A DNA stretch of 37,364 nucleotides from assembly GCA_041946805.1 (NCBI GenBank), contig JBHGBC010000050.1:1-37364 (forward strand), read 5' to 3'. The translations under genes were made by a program, and so were the position numbers. The notes beneath the pieces were generated by a model. It was given only the letters and a program-made list of their open reading frames with translations. It searched no databases and was not told the DNA's origin. Shown here in pieces: positions 17,994-34,081 of the stretch. The stretch's first letter is position 1. The number at the start of each line of letters is the position of its first letter. The DNA comes from a bacterium (GTDB taxonomy: Bacteria > Hinthialibacterota > Hinthialibacteria > Hinthialibacterales > Hinthialibacteraceae).

Positions 17994-19442
17994 TCAATCC
18001 ACGGAATACATCACCTTGCCGCTGTCCATGGTCTGGGAATCGCCCGCGAAGGGGAGTAAATAAACACGGAATTGGTAAATATTCCCATTTTGCGGACCCG
18101 CGGCATAGGCGGGATTGATCTTGAACTCCTGGTTCGGCGTCCACCAGTAATAATTGATTTTTCCGCTGAACGTTTGCCCCAGATACTCGAATTTCCCCCC
18201 ATTCACGCTGATGTACACATGATAATCGAACACCTCCGCCGGGTCCGCGTCGAAATTCCACGCGATCTGCAAGGCCCGTGATTCGGGAGCATCCGTGTCC
18301 GATCCGGTTGAACCGGCCGGCGCGATCGTGTCGAGTCCCAGAATGTCGTCGCTCACGGCCACTTCTCTCTCGCTCAGATAAGGCATTTCCGGAAAGGAGA
18401 GGGGCAGGGAATTGCCGCCTTCAATATTGTAACCGGTGATACCGGTCATGTCGTAATAGTCGTCCGGCCCCGGCGTATCGTCGATCCGCACCATCCGGAA
18501 CGTATAGATCGCGTTGAAATCCGGACCGTTCGCGAACTCGGGACTAAGGATCGAAGAACCGCCTGGTGACCAGTTCAATACGGGATGGCCGCCGCTTCCC
18601 GTCCGGCCCAGAAACTTCATCCCGCCGAATCCTTTGCGGACATACACATGCCAATCCTTGGCCCCTTGCGTGGAAGCCGTGCAGACCAGGGTCAAATTCC
18701 GGCCGCCGGGTGAATCGAAATCCATCTGGCCGTTGATAGGCTGCCCCAGTCCGGCCGGGGGATCCATGGGATTATCGAAAACCAACACCGGCCCCGCATC
18801 CCCCGGGAGGGGCGTGGGAGTGGGGACCTCCACCGGCGTTTCCGTGGGCGTGGGCGCCGGGACACCGGTGACGAAGCCACTGTTTTTCAGCAGGTCCCAC
18901 ACAAAGGAGATGAATGGGTCCAAGGGATTCCCCTTCGGATCGGTTGGCTGATAATCCACTTTCACCCGGTTGAATTGCATCGTGATGGTTTCGGTTAAGC
19001 GGTCCCCGCCCGCTGCGCCCCCGAGCTGTGTGGAGGTCACCAACACGTCATTCATGGTGATGACCTTGGATTCATCGGGACTGCGCCCTTCCTTCATGGC
19101 GTAAAGCACCGCCTGCTTGATGTGCTTCCCTTCGCTGACCGCCGCCATCAACAATGGAGACGCCCGGTCGATATACTTGGTGATCTGAATTTCCTCATAG
19201 TTGACTTTCCCCGCGGTATTCCCCGGTCCGATGGACCGGATCACCGTCTGGGACAAACCCCATTGCCAGGACAGCACTTCGATTTCGCCCGGATGGGTTT
19301 CGCTTGTGGACTCACCCGGGATGCCGTCGATTTTCATGAACAGATCGTACTCGGCCAAGGCGGCCGCCGGGAAGAATCCCAAAAAGGCCGACAAGGCCAT
19401 GAACCGTGATATGGTCAAGCGGGATAACGAATTCGATTTCAT
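17994..19442 (-). CDS. hcp: Signal peptide + Hcp (T6SS tube protein family) domain + Pro/Thr linker + two tandem C-terminal domains
   Basis: AALA|EYDLFMKIDGIPGES...HPGEIEVLSWQWG...ITKYIDRASPLL...ETITMQF..V.V.Y...WDLLKN; then PAPTPTETPVEVPTPTP; then a duplicated D(W/Y)HVY...GG..(F/Y)LG.T.SG...W.P...GP.....Y.FR motif. Confidence 0.88.
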   Translation of the reverse strand: MKSNSLSRLTISRFMALSAFLGFFPAAALAEYDLFMKIDGIPGESTSETHPGEIEVLSWQWGLSQTVIRSIGPGNTAGKVNYEEIQITKYIDRASPLLMAAVSEGKHIKQAVLYAMKEGRSPDESKVITMNDVLVTSTQLGGAAGGDRLTETITMQFNRVKVDYQPTDPKGNPLDPFISFVWDLLKNSGFVTGVPAPTPTETPVEVPTPTPLPGDAGPVLVFDNPMDPPAGLGQPINGQMDFDSPGGRNLTLVCTASTQGAKDWHVYVRKGFGGMKFLGRTGSGGHPVLNWSPGGSSILSPEFANGPDFNAIYTFRMVRIDDTPGPDDYYDMTGITGYNIEGGNSLPLSFPEMPYLSEREVAVSDDILGLDTIAPAGSTGSDTDAPESRALQIAWNFDADPAEVFDYHVYISVNGGKFEYLGQTFSGKINYYWWTPNQEFKINPAYAAGPQNGNIYQFRVYLLPFAGDSQTMDSGKVMYSVD

Positions 19443-19521
19443 AAGCGGATCCTGTTTCCGGCGGGACCTTTTGCATCACCTGCGTTATCTGGAATACCGG
19501 GGGCGGTTGGATGGGATCCGG

Positions 19522-20082
19522 TCATTTTTTTATGTTCTCCAACAAGTTCCAGCCGTATTTGATCGGCTTTTCAAACGTTCCATCCGGTTTTTGCTGCGCG
19601 TATTCAAATTGGATTTCCCCGAAATTGATGGTGATATCCTCGCTCATCTGGCCGTCCCCGCTGTCTCCGCTCAGTTGAATGGAGGTAATGAGCACATCCT
19701 TCAGGGTGATGGTTATATAATCCACGGGTTTGTCTTCCCCGCGCTTGCTGATCGTGAGGACCGCCTGGGGGACAGGTTGTCCGGAACTGGCGGCCATCAT
19801 CAACAGCGGGGTGGACTTGTCGATTCTTTTCGTAATTTGAATATCGTTAAATTTGACTTTACCTGCTCTCGCACCACCACCCCCTTCACGGATCACGGTA
19901 TTGGAAAGTCCCAAGCTCCAGGAATCGACCACGATTTCTTTCTCATGGCCGGTGGCCGTCGATTCACCTTCGATATCTTTAATATTCAGAAAGATATCCA
20001 CCGCCGGTACGGGTAGCGCAACGCCCAGAACCATCAGGACGAACAGGCAATAACGTAGTATCGAAAATCGAATCGGATTCAT
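19522..20082 (-). CDS. hcp: Signal peptide + full-length Hcp (T6SS tube protein family)
   Basis: MNPIRFSILRYCLFVLMVLGVALPVPA|VDIFLNIKDIEGES..GHEKEIVVDSWSLG...ITKRIDKSTPLL...EDITINF.EI.FEY...GWNLLEN. Mature length about 159 aa, as for Hcp1. Confidence 0.92.
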   Translation of the reverse strand: MNPIRFSILRYCLFVLMVLGVALPVPAVDIFLNIKDIEGESTATGHEKEIVVDSWSLGLSNTVIREGGGGARAGKVKFNDIQITKRIDKSTPLLMMAASSGQPVPQAVLTISKRGEDKPVDYITITLKDVLITSIQLSGDSGDGQMSEDITINFGEIQFEYAQQKPDGTFEKPIKYGWNLLENIKK

Positions 20083-20125
20083 TTCTTTGAGCCTTTCTTG
20101 GAAATTGATGATTAATTTTATCTAT

Positions 20126-20157
20126 ATTATAAACATTTTCAAGGGAGTTTCCCCTTG
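20126..20157 (-). promoter_or_regulatory. Candidate promoter of the hcp pair: TATAAT -10 with a dyad in place of a -35
   Basis: Minus-strand TATAAT at 20131-20126; inverted repeat CAAGGG-N6-CCCTTG at 20140-20157; no consensus -35. Confidence 0.45.
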
Positions 20158-20403
20158 GGATGAAAGCGGAATAGGAGAGAGGGTAATCCTTGTTGGATTG
20201 ATGCGATAACCGTGTGATCCGTGAGGTGGAAGCCACGTTTACGGCATTCCCTCATCGTGATCCTCTCCCGGTTCCTCTCCCCGAGGGAGAGGGGAGTGCG
20301 AGAGGAAGGTTGGTCGAATGGCGGATAACCAGATGCGGTTATGCTTTACCGCGGCTGGAGCTAACTGATTTCCAGGATATTCCTTATGGTTAACCGGAAT
20401 CGG

Positions 20404-21048
20404 CTACCAGGCCGTGGCTTCCAGCGGGGCTTGGGCCAGGGTGGGGACGATCCAATCGGCCCCAACCAGTCGTTCGGGGGTGAAACTGGTGGTCAGGGCC
20501 AGGCACTTCATCCCGGCCGCCTTGGCTGCTTGCACGCCGGAGATGGCGTCCTCCACCACCAGGCAGCGCGTGGGTTCCGCGCCGATTTTTTGGGCGGCGA
20601 AGAGAAAAATGTCGGGATTCGGCTTCTTGCGTTCTACTTCCAATCCGTTGACGCAGGCGTTGAAATCCTCCTCGGCGAGTCCCATCTCCCGCAGGTTGAT
20701 GTCCATCTTGGTGCGGTCGGCGCTGGTGGCCACGGCGGTTTTGAGCCCCAGGCCGTGGCAGCGGTCCAGGAACTCCATGACCCCGTCCAGCGGTACGATC
20801 CGCCCGCGCACGATCTCGTCATAGATTTCGTACGTCCGCTTCTTGGCCTGGACGATCTCGATCTCCACCCCGTATTTTTCCGCCACGCCGCCGATGTACC
20901 GGTTTTCGCCCATGCCCACGAAATCCAGAAAATCCTCGGCTTTGACCCGGACACCCAGTTCGGCGAAGAATTTCATCGCCGCCTCGCAGATGAATTCCTC
21001 GGTGTCCACCAACACGCCGTCCATGTCAAAAATCACCGCCTCGATCAC
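20404..21048 (-). CDS. HAD-superfamily hydrolase (beta-phosphoglucomutase/CbbY-like)
   Basis: FDMDGVLVD, VATSA, KKPNPDIF and VEDAISG motifs; AAGGAGG RBS before GTG. Confidence 0.93.
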   Translation of the reverse strand: MIEAVIFDMDGVLVDTEEFICEAAMKFFAELGVRVKAEDFLDFVGMGENRYIGGVAEKYGVEIEIVQAKKRTYEIYDEIVRGRIVPLDGVMEFLDRCHGLGLKTAVATSADRTKMDINLREMGLAEEDFNACVNGLEVERKKPNPDIFLFAAQKIGAEPTRCLVVEDAISGVQAAKAAGMKCLALTTSFTPERLVGADWIVPTLAQAPLEATAW

Positions 21049-21206
21049 GAACGCGACTCCCTCCTTTTGAGATGGGGATGATTATTCACAAGGGAGACAT
21101 TATTGATAGGCGCCTTCGACAATCCAAGGCCTGTCCATAGACTTGATCATTTGTGGCTGAATCCCGTCAAGGATTCATTCGCAATTTGTAGGGCTGTTTT
21201 TTCAAT

Positions 21207-21652
21207 CGCCAACGGCGCGGTATGAGCATAACCCAGTTTCGGCAGGGTGGGCTCAAAGCACAGCGTAGCCCACCAAAACTAATTCCCAGCGCCAACGGCG
21301 CGCAATAAGATAGCCCAGGGCAACGCCCTGGGTTTTGGCACAATAAAAATTCCAAGCCCTGTAAGGGCGGTATAAATATGGTTCATCCTACAAGTGCGAA
21401 TTTTTTTTCAAGCCTGTCCGGCTGCGGCTCAATCGGGTTGGCCGGGGTAATCAATCGCCTGATCCCCTCTCCCCCCGGGAGAGGGCCAGGGTGAGGGAAA
21501 TCCTTTAATCCGATGTACTTACCTTTCGCTTTGCTCATTCGTGTGGGGAAACCATACCGCCTTTTTCTGATCCCTCGCTTTCTCGGGGATGACATCCGGA
21601 TACGGCTTTGGGCTGAAGATCAGCCCTTTATGGGAGAAGGGCCGGGGGTGAG
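21207..21652. repeat. Cluster of several different REP-like palindromic elements
   Basis: CGCCAACGGCG hairpins (21207, 21290), AGCCCAGGGCAACGCCCTGGG (21312-21332), GCCCTGTAAGGGC (21356-21368), GGTGGGCT..AGCCCACC (21243-21274), CCCTCTCCC..GGGAGAGGG (21464-21497, degenerate at 21624-21652), GTCATCCCCG-type (21569-21595). Confidence 0.75.
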
Positions 21653-21657
21653 TTATT

Positions 21658-22326
21658 CTATGGGTGCGTGGTGGATTCCGTTTGTTCTTCCTCACTGGCT
21701 TTCCGGGACCGCAACGCGCTCAGCAGCTCCCCGCATTCCGCCGGCGATATTTTCCCCTGTTCCAGCAGTTCCAAGACTTTGACCTGGGCGGTGGTCAAAT
21801 CTTCCGCGCTTTTTTCAGACCGGAAGTGAGAAAAAAGGGTATTCCCGAGGGGATAAACCAACAAAACTCCCACCGTGACCGGCAAGGCGATGAGGGCCGC
21901 TTCAAAATCAGGGATCTCCGTACAAACCCAGGCGCAAAACGCGATGCCCAGGCACACCAGCATGTTGCCTGCATTGAGCCAGGCCCGGATACCCTCCATT
22001 CCCGGCAGCTGTTCCTGCTCGGTGAGTCCCCCGCCGATCCACTTGATGTACATCCGCGCGGCCAGCAGGATGATCAAATCGGCCATGGCGATGATCACGA
22101 AATGGGTTTCATCGATTCCTTGGGTCTCACTGAGTAGAATCGTGAAGCCAATCACGAACGCGGCCACCGCGAAGCTGAGGGATTTCCAAAAGCCGGTCTT
22201 CAGATACAAGCAGGCGGCGGGGATCATGACCAACGACATGCCCAGCAAGATTAAAGTGATGGCAATTTCGTTATCCACCGTAAACCAGGCAGCCCACTCC
22301 TCGAGGAATGTCTTTTCTTCGACCAT
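21658..22326 (-). CDS. Integral membrane protein with a C-terminal SHOCT-like motif
   Basis: About 5 hydrophobic helices; KVLELLEQGKISPAECGELLSAL; 1-bp gap after the DUF2089 gene. Confidence 0.8.
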   Translation of the reverse strand: MVEEKTFLEEWAAWFTVDNEIAITLILLGMSLVMIPAACLYLKTGFWKSLSFAVAAFVIGFTILLSETQGIDETHFVIIAMADLIILLAARMYIKWIGGGLTEQEQLPGMEGIRAWLNAGNMLVCLGIAFCAWVCTEIPDFEAALIALPVTVGVLLVYPLGNTLFSHFRSEKSAEDLTTAQVKVLELLEQGKISPAECGELLSALRSRKASEEEQTESTTHP

Positions 22327-22327
22327 T

Positions 22328-22684
22328 TCACGCCTCCCGTAGCAACTGCGCGGCTTCCTTGGCGGTGATTTCCCCTCGCTCCAGCCGCTCGAGTATCTCC
22401 AACCGGTTCACCGCCGGTTTCCGGTTGCCGAGGTATTCGTTGACTTTATCCAATTTTTTACAGACCGTGGGATAGGAGATCCCCAACTCCTTTTCCACGT
22501 CCCGGATGTTGCCCCGGTTGCGCAGAAACACCAGCACGAAATCCTGCAAATCCTCCGGCATCTGGAAAAAGGCCGGAGCTGGGATTTGCGTGCCGATCTG
22601 GGTTTGGCAGGCCGGACAGCTCAACTGGGTGACCATCAGGCCGCTCTTGCATACCGGACATTGTGAGACGATTTTCTTTTCCAT
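22328..22684 (-). CDS. DUF2089-family zinc-ribbon/HTH protein with SHOCT-like tail
   Basis: CPVC...LSCPAC.T.I, FV..FL..RGNIRDVEKELGISYPTV and LEILERLERGEITAKEA motifs. Start ATG 22684 (AAGG RBS) or 22696. Confidence 0.88.
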   Translation of the reverse strand: MEKKIVSQCPVCKSGLMVTQLSCPACQTQIGTQIPAPAFFQMPEDLQDFVLVFLRNRGNIRDVEKELGISYPTVCKKLDKVNEYLGNRKPAVNRLEILERLERGEITAKEAAQLLREA

Positions 22685-22698
22685 AATCGCCTTCATGT

Positions 22699-22740
22699 TT
22701 GAATAATTCAATATTATGATTGAATAATTCAATTTGTCAA
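22699..22740 (-). promoter_or_regulatory. Sigma70 promoter overlapped by two identical 13-bp palindromes (candidate DUF2089 operator)
   Basis: Minus-strand TTGACA (22740-22735)-16 bp-CATAAT; TTGAATAATTCAA at 22699-22711 and 22720-22732. Confidence 0.75.
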
Positions 22741-23546
22741 TAGAATTTATTAATTTTTTTTGGACTCATCCGGCATGTGCGTACATCTTCTAAAGGAGGC
22801 GATCGGTTCCCCATGGATCAGGCCGGAGAAAACTACCCCAACTTCCCTCTCCCGGGGGAAGAGGGAAAATGGGTAATCGGTTATTCAAAGACTACTCTCC
22901 TTTATTTCTTGCCTGCCGATTCTGACTTCAACAAGCGGACCTTACAAATTGGGTCTGTTATATATGGTATAAAGCCCCTTCCACGCCTCTTTCCAGCCCA
23001 GAGCCTCCATTGCCAGCATGGCTCTATTGGAGTGCGCCGCAACGCATTGCACCTCCCGGCCGTCCAAAAAGGCTCGGTTTTCCTCCAACGGTTTCGCGAC
23101 CAGGCTGGGATTGCGCCGGTCATCGTTTCAATTCGGTCGTGTTCCAACAGGCCGACAAACCCGCAATAAAGAATAAGGTATAAAGAGGCTCGGCCAACAT
23201 GCGGGTTCCCAGCCAGAGCCATCGTAACCATTCCTTCTCCGGCATCCGAGGGGCGGTTTGATTTACGCAAGGACGGACGGGGAGATGATTGGAACCGGGG
23301 GCGGGGACGAGAAGAAACCACAGGCGGGATGGCTGAACCTTCATCCATAATTCCAACCGGCCAGTATTCCCGCCAGCTGGATTTTCGGGGAGAAATGGAA
23401 TGGTTTACCGGAAGCCGATGAAATCCGGACCGGAGCCATGGTTAATGCAATGTACTGTATTTAATGTACTTACGCTGATTGTTGTTTCATTCCAGGAAAA
23501 AATATTCCAAACGCGTGGGAATTCTCTCAAAAAGTGTTGATTCCTC

Positions 23547-23574
23547 TTGACATTATCGGGCCATGACCTAAAAT
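23547..23574 (+). promoter_or_regulatory. Sigma70 promoter of rpoBC
   Basis: TTGACA-16 bp-TAAAAT about 400 nt upstream of the rpoB start; no upstream co-directional gene. Confidence 0.7.
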
Positions 23575-23974
23575 AGCAGGTTCGAACAATCGTCAGGTTA
23601 TGGTGAGCACGGTCCGGGATCGATACCCTTCTCCAATAAAGCGCCTATGATTCACACTTGGTTTATCCACGATTTGGGAGCAATGGCTCTCTCACCGGGC
23701 TATCATTCTGTCTCGAATTCTACGTTTTTCCTTCCTAATATGACATGCGGGTGTTCGAATTCCCTTAGGACTGGACGAGGGTCCGGTATTTCATTTATCG
23801 ATTCAATTCACGATCCTATTTTCCATCGCGTCATGGGGTTCCGGCTATGGTAAAAGGTATCCCCGGAATTCCCACCCCGTGCGGGTCCGGCGGGTGAGGG
23901 GGGATGGATTTCACGTCGGATTTCATGCGAACCATCGGATTCACTTACACCATACAGGTCAGAGGAGAAGGTTG

Positions 23975-27805
<3,831 letters not shown>

Positions 27806-27849
27806 AAAAACGCACTCGAACCTGGTCCAGCCAGATGAGGAGAGAATCC

Positions 27850-32790
<4,941 letters not shown>

Positions 32791-32836
32791 GCCGGGCGGA
32801 AAGCCGGAAAAAAGCGGGAGGAACCGGCTGGAAGGG

Positions 32837-32865
32837 TTGACGGAGGACGGGCGGCGGATTAACCT
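32837..32865 (+). promoter_or_regulatory. Sigma70-type promoter of the str operon
   Basis: TTGACG-17 bp-TAACCT between the rpoC stop and rpsL. Confidence 0.55.
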
Positions 32866-33010
32866 CTTTTCCTTGTGTTTGCTTCACGGGGACCGCCGCT
32901 CTGGTTTGCCGCCGGACCGCACCGCCGGCGGGAACCGTCTCCTCCGTAGATCCGCGGCTCTTATTGTGGCGAGGCGTCATCAATCACGAGCAGGAAGGGT
33001 TTGTCAGTCC

Positions 33011-33382
33011 ATGCCGACCATCAACCAATTGATCAAGCGGGGACGTAAGACCAAAAAGAAGAAAAGCAAGGCCCCGGCCATGCAGGGATGCCCCCAAAAA
33101 CGGGGCGTCTGCACCCGGGTTTGGACCATGAGCCCCAAAAAGCCCAACTCCGCCCTGCGCAAGGTCGCCCGCGTGCGGCTCACCAACGGCATCGAAGTGA
33201 ACGCCTACATCCCGGGCGAGGGGCACAACCTGCAGGAACACTCGATCGTGCTCATCCGCGGCGGACGCGTCAAGGACCTGCCCAGCGTCCGCTATCACGT
33301 CGTCCGCGGCGTCCTCGAAACCATCGGTGTCGAGGCCCGGCGGCGGGGACGGTCCAAATACGGCTCCAAGCGGCCTAAGTAA
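33011..33382 (+). CDS. rpsL: 30S ribosomal protein uS12
   Basis: MPTINQL...[16 protein letters not shown]...HNLQEHS...GGRVKDLP; true start 33011. Confidence 0.99.
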   Translation: MPTINQLIKRGRKTKKKKSKAPAMQGCPQKRGVCTRVWTMSPKKPNSALRKVARVRLTNGIEVNAYIPGEGHNLQEHSIVLIRGGRVKDLPSVRYHVVRGVLETIGVEARRRGRSKYGSKRPK

Positions 33383-33520
33383 TCCAGGGATCAAGCCTTT
33401 GCGCCCCGCGGATCCCGGCGGTCTCAAGGGCGTCCCGGGCGGTGGAGCGTCCGGCGCTCAAAATCCCCGGCGGCTTCCGCGCGGGGCGGTTCGCGAATCA
33501 ACCGGATAGGATAGAGAATC

Positions 33521-33991
33521 ATGGGACGTAAAAACCGAGCAGTAACCCGTAAAGTATTGCCCGATCCCGTCTACGGCAGTCAACTGGTCGCCAAATTCAT
33601 CAACAACCTGATGGAGCGCGGCCAAAAGTCCACCGCCGAACGGATCTTCTACCAGGCCTTGCGCGAAATTCAGAAAAAATCGGGCCAGGATCCCCTGGAA
33701 ATCTTCAAAAACGCCATCGAAAACACCAAGCCTTCCCTGGAAGTGCGCTCCCGCCGCGTGGGCGGGGCGACCTACCAGGTGCCCGTCGAAGTCCGGCCCG
33801 AACGCCGCCAAACCCTGGCCATCCGCTGGCTGATCGGCGCCGCCCGCGCCCGCTCCGACCGGGGCATGACCCTGAAACTGGTCGGCGAACTCATGGAAGC
33901 CGCCGCCAACCAGGGCAACGCCATCAAAAAGAAAATCGACACCCACCGCATGGCCGAGGCCAACAAGGCCTTCGCCCATTACCGGTGGTGA
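33521..33991 (+). CDS. rpsG: 30S ribosomal protein uS7
   Basis: [25 protein letters not shown] and [15 protein letters not shown] motifs. Confidence 0.99.
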   Translation: MGRKNRAVTRKVLPDPVYGSQLVAKFINNLMERGQKSTAERIFYQALREIQKKSGQDPLEIFKNAIENTKPSLEVRSRRVGGATYQVPVEVRPERRQTLAIRWLIGAARARSDRGMTLKLVGELMEAAANQGNAIKKKIDTHRMAEANKAFAHYRW

Positions 33992-34081
33992 TCCGGCCCG
34001 GATCCGACAATCCAGAAAGCGAAACGTGGCAGGAACCCGGACGGGACATCGCCCCGGGCATCCTGCCACGGATGTGAGAAG

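Noticed and set aside
17994..20082. A conventional T6SS gene cluster or prophage tail locus
   Set aside because: No sheath, baseplate, VgrG/PAAR, membrane-complex or phage genes in the window, and the signal peptides are incompatible with canonical Hcp export.
22777..23356. Short overlapping ORFs between DUF2089 and rpoB
   Set aside because: No convincing RBS, codon bias or family motif. MLAEPLYTLFFIAGL could be a membrane-protein remnant but cannot be supported.
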